A stretch of DNA of 64,000 nucleotides from Mobula hypostoma (lineage: Eukaryota). Each line of letters opens with the position of its first letter. The first letter of the stretch is position 1. Location: NCBI RefSeq assembly GCF_963921235.1, contig NC_086108.1, forward strand, positions 70,992,001 to 71,056,000. Direction: 5' to 3'. This document shows positions 11,501-24,832 of the stretch, in pieces. The position numbers and the translations under genes are program-made. The notes under the pieces are model-generated. The model saw nothing but the letters and a program-made list of their open reading frames with translations. It did no database searches and was not told where the DNA came from.

Positions 11501-12900
11501 CTTTTTACCCTTGCCATTTCTTAATTCTACCCATAAGGATTCTACCTCTTCTGATCCTATGTCCTTTCTTTCTATTGATGTGATATCGTTACTTACCATC
11601 AGGGCCACGCCACCCCCTTTACCTACCTTTCTATCTTTCCTATACACTGTGTATCCTTGGATATTCGGCTCCCAATCACATCCATCATTTAGCCATGACT
11701 CGGTGATGGCCACAATGTCATATCTTTTAACCTGTAGTTGTGCAGCAAGGTCATCCAGTTTATTTCTAATGCTATGTGCATTTAAGTACAGTACATTTAG
11801 ATCAGTATCTGTTGTCGATTTTGCTATATTTCTATTTTGCAGCAAGTTATCCTGTATATTCACCAGCCTGTCCTTATAGACCTCTATCACGTCTCCCTCG
11901 GCCTCTGGCGCATTGGAGAAAACTACTCAAGTGTAACCAGCCTCTCATGGTAGCACATGTCCTCTAAACCAGGCAGCATCTTGGTAAACCTCTTCTGCAC
12001 CTTCTCCAAAACCTCAACATCCTTCCTATTATGGGGATGATTAGGACTCTAGGCAATATTCCAGATATGGTCTAACCAGAGTTTTATAAAGTTGCAACAT
12101 AACTTCTTTGCTTTTCAACTCAATGTCTTGACTCAAAAAAAAAATCAAGCGTTCCATAAGCCTTCCTAATCACCTTACTGACCTGTGTAGCCACTTTCAA
12201 GGACCTTGCCCTTAACTGCGTACTGTCTCCTTACTTTTGTCCTACCAAGGTGCAACACCTCATATTTATCTGGGTGAAACGGCATTTGCCGTTTCTCTGC
12301 CCATATCTGCAACTGATCTATATTGTGTTGTACTCTTTGCCAGTCTTGTACACTCTCTACAACTCCACCAGTCTTGGTATCATGCGCAAGTTTACTAATC
12401 CACCCATCTACATTTTCATCCAGGACACTGATATACATCACAAACGTAGAGGTCCCAGCACAGATCCCTGCGGAACATCATTAATTATAGACCTTCAGCT
12501 CCTACCCACCGTTTTCAATGCACAAGCCAGTTCTGAATCCAGGTAGCCAATTTGTCACAGATCCCATGAACTTAATCTTCTGGATTAGCCTCCCATGAGG
12601 GACTTTGTCAAGTGCCTTACTAAAAATCCATGTAGACAACATCCACTGCCCTACCTTCATCAATCTGTCTCACCATCTTGTCAAAAAACTCAAATCAGTT
12701 TGGTAAAACATGACCTGCCCTGCACAAAGCCATGCTGGGTCTCTCTAATTGGGCCATGGGTTTCCAAATGCTGATATACTATCCCTAAGAATTTTCCCCA
12801 GCAATGGGACTCACCGGTCCATAGTTGTCAGGATTTGTCTTTGTTCGCATGTTAAACAGAGACACAACATCAGCCACTCGCCAGTAGCTAGAGAGGGCAT
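8565..12900 (-). mobile_element. Older CR1 LINE, split by a younger CR1 insertion (pieces 8565-8922 and 11873-12900)
   Basis: TAGAACA-type tail at 8565 and RT remnants (ORF 12175-12441, ISKLAHDTK). The sequence reads continuously across the insertion. Confidence 0.8.
8923..11872 (-). mobile_element. Young CR1 LINE, near-complete ORF2 (APE endonuclease + RT) broken by a few lesions
   Basis: ORFs 11249-11890 (YLNAHSIRNK, AITESW), 10846-11172, 10214-10738 and 9011-10204 (PQGSVLGP, KFADDTK, HLEYSVQFW). Flanked by CTTAT at 8918-8922 and 11873-11877. Confidence 0.93.
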
Positions 12901-14699
12901 GAAGATTCTGGTCACACAGTAGTGTTGGACTGTGTGATGCAGACATAGTGGAAATTATCAGCAGTTTGGATGAAATTTTAATTAACTGCTCAAGTCAGTG
13001 ACCTTGCATAGAAATGGCCTGTTTTCATAGAAATAGTAAAGGTTTGAGTTCAACAATTTTGATTAATCAGTATGAATAATAATATTGGAAGAAGAGATAC
13101 TGAAAATATGCAAGAAGCCAAAGACAGAAGTCCGAGTGAGATGGAGAGTTAATGACTGGTTAAAAATCAACCTTGCATACTAAATGGAAGCATTTTGCAA
13201 ACTATTTGTCCAATTTATGTTTGTTTTCTTCAGCCTTGAGATGACCATATTGTGACCTGGATGTAATATGCTAAATTGGAATTTATAGAAATGTAGATTC
13301 TTGCTTCACCAGGAAGGACTTCTCTAAAATAGGAATAGGGTTCTTTTGTCTTCACATTTCAACCCAGCACTCTACATTTTCAAGAATGATTTTGTTTAAT
13401 TTCTGTTCCTTAGGACAAATTTTGCTTTCCCTGTTCAGCATTATGAAGGGTCTCTTCCTCCGTAATTTCCTGGTGCATCTTCTCCATCAGCTACTCTTCA
13501 CAGCATTTTTGAGATGCCACACATGCCCTTTTGCCTCTTTCTTTGTCACTATCCAAATTGTTTGTATATTTAAAACATGGTACACTTTGTTATCCTTGTG
13601 GAACACCATCCTTCAGTCCTTCAGTTTGAAGTGCAGCAATTTGCAACAGCCGTCCTTGTGCTGTTTTTAATCCAAGCTGTTGCCAATTAAACTCAATTAA
13701 ATGCAGCATATAACAATCCACTCCAAGCTAACTATATTTCTTTATTAATTGTTTTGAATTCCAACAACTCAGAAGTTTCACTATGTAGTGCCAAAAGTAA
13801 ACTTAATGAACTCTATAATTACATAACTCTTTTAGTGAGTTTCGACACTTTCTAAACCTCTCTAATTGCATTCAGATGAAACCCACTCTGGATGAATCTG
13901 GCCAAAGTAAAATGTGGCAAGTACCTCTGAGTCAGAGACTTGGGGGGTCTTTTTGAGCAGTTGTTGATTTTTGAAGTTATTGCTATCAGTCATCTCACGA
14001 GGTATCTTTTTATATTTCTTTGTAAACTTTACAGATGTAGGGTAGATTTAAGAGCCGATTATGTAGCTTTAAGTCAGCTCCTTTTCCAGGCAAGTAATTG
14101 TTGTTTTGATATATATCTATTCCTTCTGGTTTCAATAATCAACTTAGTCATCTGGTTCATAATTATCAGAGAGATTAAATTTACATGATACTGTCCCTGG
14201 TATGCAGTATCTCAAAATCCTTTGTTTCTTAGTATCAGAAATAGTGGGGTGGAGGTGTAAAGCTTTCTCAGGTGGAAAATTACTGCACCTACATTCTCAC
14301 AGTGACACTAACCAGATGTCTATATCCAGCAGGACCCCACTTTACATGGTCTAAGTCTTTCTTGTTGATTTCAGTTCTTCCATTTAACTCTTTCTTCTCT
14401 CCTTAGCTGGCCACAAAGCTGAGAATGACTTTCTTATTTCATGGGTCACAATTTTGTAAACCTTTTATGAAGTACTTGATCAAATACTTCATTAGAATCT
14501 GTGTAGACAATGGTACTTTTGATTCTGAACTTTTGTCTAGCTTTCTGTGATAATTCATGTTTTGGAAAGATTTGAAGATTATGGGAAGAACCTTGTTATT
14601 TCCACTCCTCTTCTCTATTTAGGATCCAATTCTAAACCAAGTGAGACCCATTTTAATTGTGCCAAACTTTGCTATTACCATCTCAGGGATTGGGACTGC

Positions 14700-16950
14700 A
14701 GCAAGAGAGCCATAGGGTTGAGAGCATGAAATATGGAATGATAGTAAGACTGAAAGGAATGATAGCTAGGGGTAAGCTAATAAACACAGTGGGACAGATG
14801 GGCTGTTTATTTAAATACTAACAGTATTATGGGTAAGGAGGATATACATAGAGCTTGAATCAGTACATGGAATTATGATTTTGCCATGAAAGAGACCTGT
14901 TTGCATGAGATAGGACTAGCAGTTCAGTGTTCCTAGGTTGTTTTAGATGTGATAGAGACAGGGGTATAAGAGGTGGATGTGTTGCATTACTGATGAGGGA
15001 GAATGTTACAGTCATAGTCAGATTGGACACGTTGGATAGCTCGTCCACAGAAGCAATTTGGGTGGAGCTCCAAATTTATAAAAGGCGCATTTGTGATGGC
15101 ATTATACTGAGACCCCCAGTAAACACTGAGGGATAGAGGAACAGATATGTAGAAAGACTATGGAAAGGTAACAACAGGGTTGCCCAGGGTTGTGCATGCA
15201 GCCTGTTACAGCCGTTCCGACCAGCTTTCTTACTTTTTCTTCTTACTTTTTTAACTTGCGTTATTTGTTTTTTTTTCACGGTAACACGTTGAAGCTGCAC
15301 CCTCTCTAACGTGCTGGTGGAGTGAGTTTTATTTGGGTTTTTAGTGCTGGGAATGGTTCGGACATGTCTCATTAGCGAGGCAGAAGCATGGTCGCATTGT
15401 TTATTCCAGGGACCAGCTGATTGCGCTTATGCCGGCCAGTTTAGCAAACAGAGCGGCGGGCACTCCTGCTGAAATCTGGAGGAAAACACACAGAGGATGC
15501 AGAGGGGGATCACAAAGGCGAGGAAAGAGGACCGGGTCCAGACAACAGAGACTTATGGAGAAGAGGAGTTCGGTGGGTAATAAAATGGACGAGTTGATGG
15601 CGCTAGCCAGGAGTCAGAGAACATTTTGGGAGTGCAGTGTTACGTGTTTTACTGAAATGTGGCTGCACGAGGACATACCTGATCAAATCTTTTCCATGGA
15701 CGGCTTCCAGATCGTTCGGGCTGACCGGAAGTGCACTGAGAGCGGTAAGCGTAAAGGAGTTGGGGGCTTGCTGTTCTGGTTAACAATGGATGGTGCAATC
15801 CTGGTCATATTACGATCAAGGAACATGTTTGTAGACCGGATATTGAACTTTCTGCTGTTGGACTCCAGCCATATTCCACCGAGATACAACACTGGGCGTC
15901 ATGGGAGGTTGTTCCTGCCTGTGGCCATCGAACTTTGCAGCTCCTCCCATGGAGGCTCAGACACCCTGAGCCAATAGGTTGGTCCTGGACTTATTTCCAT
16001 CTGGCATAGTTTGCATATTGTTGTTTGATTGTTTGTGGTTTTTGTATTGCTATATTTATGCCCTATTCTTGGTTGGTGCAGCTGTAACGAAACCCAATTT
16101 CCCTCGGGATCAATAAAGTATATCTATTTAATTAGAACTTCCTTAATACAAGAGACTTGGGGCAGGATTTCTTCAGTGCATCTAACAGGTTTTCTTGAAG
16201 CGGTATGGGTAGAGTCCATCTAGAAGAGAAAGCATACTGGACCTGGTTTTGGGAATTGATCCAGACCAGGTAACTGATCTGATAGTGGGTGAACATTTTG
16301 GGAATAGTGACCACAAGTTGTTATGTTTTAAGATATTGTAGTCATGAGTAAAGATAAAATTGGATAGTTACTAAATAGGGGGAGGGAAAAATTACAATAG
16401 GATAAGATGCACTAAGCAACATAGATTGGTGCAGCCGCTGCCAGACAAGTCCATATCAGATATGTGGGAGTTGTTTAAAGACAAGCTGATCATAGTCTAG
16501 GATTAGCATGTTCTGGTAAGGATGATAAGGTAAGGGAATCTTGGATGACCTGAGAGGTCCTAAGTTTAGTTAAGGAAAAATAAGCATATATAAGGTTTAG
16601 GAAACTAACATCAGACTGCACTAACTTACAGAATATAAAGACAGTTGGAAAGTGCTCTAACAGGCAATTGGGAAGGCCATAAGGGGCCATGAAATGTCCT
16701 TGGTGAGCAGGATCAAGCAAAATCCTGAGGTACTTTATACCCAAGTTAAGATAAAGGGGACAAATAAGGAGAAGGTAGATCTGCTCAAGGATAAAGAAGG
16801 GAATTTGCTTGTAGCCAGGGCTAGTGGGTGAAGAACTGAAAGAGTAGTTATCATTAGTCTTTACTGAGGAGAAGAATTTGGAGAATAGTGAATGCAGAGT
16901 GAAGAATGCTGATGTGCTGAGACATTTGAAAAGGAGGAGGTAGCAGTGGG
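14700..16950 (+). mobile_element. Decayed CR1 LINE (endonuclease region), interrupted at about 15190-16130
   Basis: RCDR...GGCVALL...EAIWVEL (ORF 14927), then resumes with LDLVLG and GNSDH-like sequence after 16135. Confidence 0.7.
15190..16130 (+). mobile_element. Internally deleted Rex1/Babar-like LINE (5' end joined to 3' end)
   Basis: Endonuclease N-terminus (NKMDEL...CFTEMWL...GFQIVRADR), then a jump near 15875 to C-terminal RYNTGRHGRLFLPVAIEL, a 3' UTR, AATAAA at 16112 and a simple-repeat tail. Confidence 0.7.
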
Positions 16951-16954
16951 TCTT

Positions 16955-18790
16955 TGCCAAGTCTGCTTTGCCATTCCATCATGACTGATATATTATCCCT
17001 CATAACCCTCTTCTCCTGCCTTTTCCTCATAACCTTTGAGGTCCTTACTAATCAAGAAACCATCAACCTCTGCTATAAGTATACCAGTGACTTGAAATAC
17101 ACAGGTGTCTGCGGCAATGAATTCAACAGATTCACTACCCTGTGAAATTCTTGCTCATCTCTGGTCTAAATGGATGCCCCTGTGTGTTGGGGCTGTGCCC
17201 TCTGGTCCTAGCTTCCCCCATAATAGGAAACATACTCTCCATCTTGGTCTTTCAGTATTCGATAGGTTTCAGTGGGATCCCCCATTTTCTCCCCCCCGCC
17301 CATTCTAAACTCCAGCAATTTCAGGCCCAGAGCCGTGAAATGCTCCTCTTATGATGGCCCTTTTATTCCCGGAATCATTCTCATGAGCCTTCTCTGGACC
17401 TTCTCTAATGCCAGCACATTGTTTCTGAGATAAGGGGCCCATAACTCCTTACAATACTCCAAGTGCAGCCTGACCAATGCCTTATGAAGCCTCAGCATTA
17501 CATCCTTGCTTTTATATTCTAATCCCCTTGATATTAATACTAACATTATATTTGCCTTCCTTACAGGTTGGGTCAGTGGTAAGTTAACCTTTAGTGAATC
17601 GTGCACGAGGACTCCTGTCCTTTTGCACTTCTGATTTTAGAATTTTCTCCCCATTTAGAAAATAGTTTACACCTTTATTACTCCTACTGAAGTGCATGAC
17701 CATGCACCTACCTACACCATATTCAATCTGCCACTTCTTTGTTTATTTTCCCAATCTGTCTAAGTCCGTCTACAGACTGCCTACTTCCTCAACAATACCT
17801 GCCACTCCACCTATCTTCATATAATCCGTAAACTTTGCTACAAAGCAAAGTCATCCAAATCATTGACATAATGTGAAAAGTAGTAATCCAAACACCGGCC
17901 CCTGCAGAACACCACTAGTCACTGGCGGCCAATCAAAAAAGGCCCTCTTTATTCCCACTCTTTGCCTCCTGCCTGCCAGTCAGTCAATCTTCTATCCATG
18001 CTAAGTATCTTTCCTGTAATACCATAGTCTCTTATCTTGTTGAATAGGCTCACGTGTGGCCTTCTAAAAATCCAAGTATACAACATTCACTGACTCACCT
18101 TTGTCTGTCTTGCTTGTTATTTCCTCAAAGTATTCAAACAGATTCCTCTGACAAGATTTTGCCTTGAGGAAACCTTGGTGACTTTGGCCTATTTTAGCAT
18201 GTGCCTCCAAGTACCCTAAAACCTCATCATTAACAATCGACTCCAATCTACCCAACCACTGAAGTCAGGCTAACTGGCCTATAATTTCCTTTCTTCTGCC
18301 TCACTTCCTTCTTAAAAAGTGGAGTGTCATTTACAATTTTCCATTCCTCTGGAGCCATTCCAGAATCTAGTGATTCCTGAAAGATCATTATGAATGCTTC
18401 TGCAATCTCTTCAGTTACTTCTTTCAGAACCCTGTGATGTAGTCCATCTGGTCCAGGTAACTTATCTACACTAAGACATTTCAGCTTCTTAAGCACCTTC
18501 TCATTATTAATAGTAACTACATTCACTTCTGCCCCCTGATACACTCAAATCTCTGGCATACAGTCCTCAGTGTCTTCTTCAGTGAAGACTGACACAAGAT
18601 ACTTGTGTACAAATACATAACTTCACCTGCCATATTTTTGTCTCCCATTACTACCTCTCCAGCTTCATTTTCCAGTGGTCTGATATCTAGTCTCGCCCTT
18701 CTTTTACTCTATATATCTGAAAAACTTTTGGTATCTTCTTTATGTTATTGGCTAGCTTACCTTCATATTTAATTTTTCTCTCCTTTGGCT
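16955..18790 (-). mobile_element. CR1 LINE RT and 3' region, decayed
   Basis: ORFs 18248-18544 (PGPDGLH, NYRPVSLTS), 18064-18255 and 17349-17606 (HLEYC..LWAP). Confidence 0.85.
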
Positions 18791-19879
18791 CAACACATTT
18801 CAGTAACTCCTTCCCAATATCTCACATTTATTGATTTTTTTTCCCAAGATGTCCATCAGTCTAGCAAAACAAAAGCCATGTATGTTATTGTTCACAGAAT
18901 TACAAGTATCCCAAGCAATCTGTCAAACTCTTCCATTGCTATCTTGGAGAAGATTTCTGTTTCTCTTAAGAGATTGAAACATTCTTACAGTATATATTTG
19001 GATGGAGGTAGTATGGGGATTCCTCCTGAATCTCATAAAAATGCATAATTACAAAGCACATAATGAAGCGTCCAAGTCCAATCAAAGTAGTTGAAAAATT
19101 GTGCTTGTGGTAGGTGGTAATTGAATCAACTTGAACATATTTTGCTGTGACTTTATTTCTAATATTATTGCAAGTAGCAGTTGAATGGTCTTCCTTGAGA
19201 ATAATTCACTTTTTTTATTGTGAGAACACTCCATTTTGGCACTGTTATTATGCTAAGTGGAACAGATTCAGAATTGACTTAGTGGCACAGAACTGCCATC
19301 AAGAGTGGAATTATCACCCTCTCTAACATGTAACCTTGCAAAAAATAGAAAAAAAAAGTTATTGTATCAGTTACCCATTCTTTTTGTTGTTATATGTCAG
19401 AATTCATCATCATGGATATACTAAGGCACATAAAAATATGAGACTGATGGAAAAATATGTTTAATATATCCTGAAATCTTGTCAAGAATGTTACCAGCAG
19501 GTTGCATAGGGAGATACCAGTGGACACAGCTTATTTCAATTTTCAGAAGGAATTTGGAAAGATGCCACAGAAAATTTAATGTACAAATCTGACATTGTTA
19601 ATGCGGTAGTAACATAGAAAAGAAACGGTGGGAGTACACAGATACATTTTAAGTTGGCAGGCTGTTATTAATGGGATGCTGGACCCTCATCCATTCACAA
19701 CGTATTTATGCATTAATACAATGTGTAAAATATTCAGGTTTATTGATGATGGTGAAGTGAGAGAATCTTCAAAAGGAATAGAGACAGATTAAAAATGTGC
19801 ACGTACCTCTTGGCAGATGGACTATAGTGGGAGATCATGAAATATGGAAGGAAGATGATATTGGTTTTCATATGGAAAG

Positions 19880-21350
19880 TCTGTAGGGGTCATCTGTTGT
19901 ATCTGGTGCTCCCAGTGCGACCTCCTCTACATTGGTGAGCCCCAGTGCAGATTGGGGAACTGCCTCGTTGAACATCTTTGCTCTGTCCGCTGCTAAACAC
20001 AAGATCTCCGGGTAGCTACCCACTTCAATTCTACTTGCCATTCCCATTCTGCCATGTCTGTCATGGCCTCCTCTACTGCCATGATGAGGCTGTAGAGGAG
20101 CAACACCTCATTCTTGTCTGGGTAGCTTCTAACCTGATGGCACGAATATTGAATTTCTGTGCCTTCAGGCTTCTGTACCTTCTACTTGAAGGTAACAGTG
20201 AGAACAGGTCAAGCTCTGGTTGCTGGGGGTCCTTAATAATGGACACTACCTTTCTGAGACAGTGCTCCTTGAAGATATCCTGGGTACTTTGTAGGCTAGT
20301 ACTCAAGATGGAGCCAGCTAAATTTATGACCCTCTGCAGCTTCTTTCAGTCCTGTGCAGTAGCCCCCCCCCCGCCTTCCCCATACCAGACAGTAATGCAG
20401 GCTGTCAGAATGCTTTACAGTTATGAGTGTTTTTGTTGACGTACCAAATTTCTTCAAACTCCTACTGAAGTATAGGTGCTATCTTGCCTTCTTTATAGCT
20501 GCATCGGTAAGTTGGGACCAGGTTGGGTCTCAGAGATCTTGACACCCAGGAACTTGAAACTGCTTACTGTTTCCACTTTTGATCTCTCTGAGGATTGGTA
20601 TGTGTTCCTTCGTCTTACCCTTCCTGAAGTCTACCATCAGCTCTTTCGTCTTACTGACGTGAGTGCAAGGTTGTTGCTGCGACACCACTCCACTAGTTGG
20701 CATATCTCACTCCTGTACACCCTTTCGTCACCATCTGAAATTCAACCAACAATGGTTGTATCACAGCAAATTTTATAGATGGTATTTGAGCTATGCCTAG
20801 CCACACAGTCATAGGTAAAGGGAGAGTAAAACAGTGGGCTAAGCACACACCCCTGAGGTGCACCAGTGTTGATCGTCAGTGAGGGGGAGCACTCCCTCCC
20901 CTTGACCCTTTTCTCTTTTTCCATTCCCCATTATTGATACCCTCTCTCCCTTTCTCCTCACCTGTCCATCACTTTCCTCTCTTTCCCGTCAACTTCCCTG
21001 TTTTCCATTGCCTCTTAAATTCCTTCTTCTTCAGCCCTTTACCTTTTCCACCTGTCACCCCCCCCCAGCTTCTTACTTCATCACCCTTCCCTCTCCCCTC
21101 TCCCACCCACCTTCTCATCACCCTTCCCTCTCCCCTCTCCCACCCACCTTCCTCTCACTTGGTCTCACTTATCGCCTGCCAGCTTATACTCATTTCCTCC
21201 ACCACCACCTTCTATATTTGGCTTCTGCTGTTTTCCTGATCTCAGCCTGAAACTTCAGTTGTTTAATCCCCTCTGTAGATGCTACCTGATTTGCTGAATT
21301 CCTCCAGCAGTTTGTGTGTGTTGCTCAAGATTTCCAGAATCTCATGTGTT
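19880..21350 (+). mobile_element. Penelope-like element 3' part (GIY-YIG remnant + terminal repeat), interrupted by a Rex-like LINE
   Basis: WCSQCDLLYIGE-like sequence at about 19905-19940, then HGLLYCHDEA, a pyrimidine-rich tract, and a GATGCTACCTGATTTGCTGAATTCCTCCAGC end. Collinear with the copy at 42072-43010. Confidence 0.75.
20155..20890 (-). mobile_element. Rex1/Babar-like LINE RT fragment
   Basis: TGAPQGCVLSPLFYS (ORF 20742-20924) and the C-terminal SIIKDP...FSLLPSSRRYRSL (ORF 20073-20306). Confidence 0.8.
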
Positions 21351-22990
21351 TACAATAAACTTGACTGTCAGTCCAAATTGCAGTTAGTTTGTCTACAGTA
21401 TCCTAAATAATTTTTCCAATGTATCTTGGAGCTCAATAGTTCCAAAGTAATCAAGTTGTCACTTCAGTTTTCTCTTGTCAGCATTGCATTTTCATTTGCC
21501 ATTTACCGTTGGTCTCTGAATCCAGTTGAAATAGTTTTACTTTTGCAGCTTTTTCATATTTTCAGTATATTTTGGGGAATTCTTAGACTGTTTTGTTCAG
21601 TCCTCTGATCTTTCTAAAGCATTATGTTTTATAGGAAAGCACTATACCTTATTTGGACTTGCAACAATTCATTTTCTGCCACCAGCCAAATATCATAGAT
21701 AATACAAAGTGAAGCTTTTGCTTTTTTATACTTGCAAACCTACTTAAATAACTGTCAGAACTTCCTAATCTATAAATAACAAACTGATATGTAGCATTAA
21801 ATTGGAAGCCTTGTTGATAATTTCCTCTGTTCTCTATCACAAAATCTCCATTGATCCTTCAAACAGTGCCTGGGCTAAACGGTCTGTTCTTGTGCTGTAT
21901 TATTCTAATTCTAATCGGAATATTTAAATCCATCTTGGTCCCGTCTTTATTTTTGATCCCAAAGTGTATCCTGATTTGCACTGCTAAATTCAAACTTGGT
22001 AAATTGGTTTAGTATTTTCACACACCAAGGTACAGTAAAATAAAATACAAATCAATTAATTACAGCAGTGCATTGAAGTAGTACAAGGTAAAACAAATAG
22101 AATGCAGAATAGTGTTGAGAGAGAAAATGCAGTGCAGGTAGGCAATAAGATGTAAAAGGCATAATGAGGTTTACTAGAAATTTCACAATAGATGTCCTTC
22201 TCATTGGTATGCAGTTTTAAGAATTGTATTTTGCATTATGTTTAGAATATTGTTATGTTTCTTTCAGTAATCCTGATTCCAAGATGATCTGGAGGCCTTT
22301 ACCAGCACTTGACTGACTTCATTGACCACTTGCTTCCATAGATATTCAGCATTGCCCCCTTTCAATTTCTTCAATGTTGCTTCCTTATCAGTACCTATCA
22401 TTGTCTTTATAATTTTGTCCTTGTACAGTCAGCCCTCGCTCTGAAAATTCAAGACCTTCCATAAACACTGTTGTCGAGAAACTATCCAAGACTTTTCCTG
22501 CATCCTGAATTTACTTGCATTTTCTAATGATGCTCTTGTATATTGAGGACTTACAGAGGTCATGTTATTACACTGATGTTTTATTTAGATGCATTTTGTA
22601 GAGGCATCACTTTAATCTTTCCTTGGTACTTTCATCCTCTCTATGTGACTGCAGATGTTTGTTATTTCTCACTTGTTTCTTGTAATTCTATCCACCTTTC
22701 AAATAATTAGACATCAGCTTTACCCATCAAATTGTTACTTCCTATTGAGTTCTTGTGCAATAATAAAAATTACTGTAGTTAAATGTATACCAATTTACCA
22801 TCCAGCTTTGTTCCTGTAACAATCTATTCCATTACTGTCATTAATTACTTTTTTATTTCCAAAGACTAAATTATTTTCTTTCTTTCTTTCTTCATGGTAT
22901 CTGATGCTAGACTTGAGAACAGTCAACATGTATTTTAGATTGAAAAGTGAAATTACTTATATAATTTGCCTTTTATTTTCAAAGTTGGTT

Positions 22991-22995
<5 letters not shown>

Positions 22996-23039
<44 letters not shown>
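22996..23039. repeat. (CT)n microsatellite, about 22 units
   Basis: Perfect TC dinucleotide run about 180 nt upstream of the exon 2 acceptor. Confidence 0.97.
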
Positions 23040-23042
<3 letters not shown>

Positions 23043-23218
23043 TTTTTTTAAAAATACATTGTTATTGCACATTGTTTGAGCAGATACTTTAAAAATTATT
23101 TTAATATGTTAATAGTAAACTAGATAATCAGATTCAGAGTGATTTATTTTATCTCTATTTTCTTTACCTTTCTCTGGGTAGGGAATGTTCTCACATTTTC
23201 TCCTCTTTATTTTTGCAG

Positions 23219-23952
23219 GCATTGCATCAGTTGTACTATGATCCGAACATTGATAATAAGAATTTGGCTCAGAAATGGCTGATGCAGGCACAGGTCTCTC
23301 CTCAAGCTTGGCAATTTAGCTGGGCACTGCTCAGTCCAAATAAAGTCCCTGAAATTCAATACTTTGGAGCCAGTGCTCTCCATATCAAGATCTCTCGATA
23401 CTGGAATGATATACCCTCAGATCAATATGAGAGTTTGAAATCCCAACTTTTTAATCAGATTGCATGTTTTGCCTCTGGCTCCAAGATTGTGCTCACCAGA
23501 CTATGTGTGGCATTAGCATCACTGGCACTCAACATGATGCCTGAAAGATGGCCAAATGCAGTTGGTGACATGGTGAAGATGTTCCAGACTGAAAGTTCAG
23601 ATGTGGATGGCAAAGCTCGATGTATGGCTTTGCTGGAACTATTAACTGTCCTTCCTGAAGAGTTCCAAACAAGCCGTCTGCCTCAGTATCGGAAAGGTGA
23701 AGTACGAAATGCTCTGGCACAAGAGTCTGGTGCTGTCTTTCCTCTTCTTCAACAGTTGCTACAGACAGATTCCCCTGTGTTCATCAGCCAGAAGGCTCTT
23801 AAGTGCTTCTCAAGCTGGGTGCAACTGGACATTCCTCTTCTGGATTGTGAATCTTTGATGCAGGCTTCATTTTCATCACTACAAAATGCTGAACTCTTTG
23901 ACACAGCAGTTGAAGCTCTTGTCAATGCTATTTCCCAACCTGATGCTCAAAG
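23219..23952 (+). CDS. IPO13: Importin-13 coding exon 2 (734 nt; importin-beta N-terminal and exportin-1-like region)
   Basis: Acceptor TTTTTGCAG|GCA and donor CAAAG|GTAAGG. Translation ALHQLYYDPNIDNKNLAQKWLMQAQVSPQAW...ELLTVLPEEFQTSRLPQYRKG...NAISQPDAQR closely matches vertebrate IPO13. Confidence 0.97.
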
Positions 23953-24039
23953 GTAAGGGAGTCTGCTGACCATAAGCTAATATTGCATTGTGTCTGCATC
24001 CTTAGACAGACCGAACCAATTAATGTTTTGAATCACAAA

Positions 24040-24228
24040 GACGAGAAAATCTGCAAATGCTGGAAATCCAAGCAACACGCACAAAATGCCGGAGGAACTC
24101 CACAAGCCAGGCAGCATCTATGGAAAAGAATAAACAGTTGACATTTCAGTCAAGACATTGATTGTTTACTCTTTTCCATTGATGATGCTTGGCCTGTGGA
24201 GTTCCTCCAGCATCTTGTGCATGTTGCT
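24040..24228. repeat. Inverted repeat built from two Penelope terminal-repeat pieces (arms about 24071-24140 and 24159-24228)
   Basis: Arms are reverse complements with about 8 mismatches over about 65 nt and a short spacer. Confidence 0.9.
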
Positions 24229-24832
24229 AATGTTTTAAATGCTATGTTCTGTGTCAGGTTCCTTTTTGCTGCATTTAAGTACCTTTATACCAGCTTCAGT
24301 TGTGTACCAAGGCAGAAGAAAAGGAATTGTTAAAAACTGACAGTGAATTATTTAATATTCATATAATGTCAATTTGCTTTTGAATTGTTCAGAGTTTGCT
24401 CAAGCTGTAGAGAGAATTATTTCATTAAGTTAAATCAGTGGTTACCAAAGTGGGTGATATTGCCACCCTCCCCCAGGGTAAATGAGAGTTTCTAAGCGGG
24501 CAGTAAAGATAAAGGGGGCTGTTGGGGGGGGAGAGGAGCTAGGTAGTAAGGGAGGCAGCTGAGGGATTACATGCTTAATTTAAGAAATTAATTACTTATT
24601 ATTAGCATTTGGACCTCAGTGCCTAATAAATTATTACAATGATCATGTAATCACCTCATCTCTTGCTAACCCACCATTCTTTTCGACTTTGCTCGAAGCA
24701 CGTTATAGTTTGCAAAACAATGTAACACTTCTGTATTTGGCATATCATGAAAAATCTGGAATGAAGAAATAATTTTATTTCCTGGCCTAGCTTGTGCATT
24801 ATTGCCACTATTGTTGTAGTAAAGTGTTAGCT

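Noticed and set aside
21078..21152. 37 bp tandem duplication in a pyrimidine-rich tract
   Set aside because: Slippage-type duplication inside the low-complexity part of a Penelope 3' region, with no evidence of function.
21998..22170. Similarity to 54770-54980 suggesting a conserved non-coding element
   Set aside because: Both look like minus-strand 3' tails of the same old LINE family (TTTATT followed by similar sequence), so this is an interspersed repeat.
23213..23956. Stand-alone 247 aa gene starting MQAL
   Set aside because: The apparent start is TTG inside the splice acceptor and the stop is in the donor. It is IPO13 exon 2. The same applies to ORFs 44760-45077 and 46004-46192.
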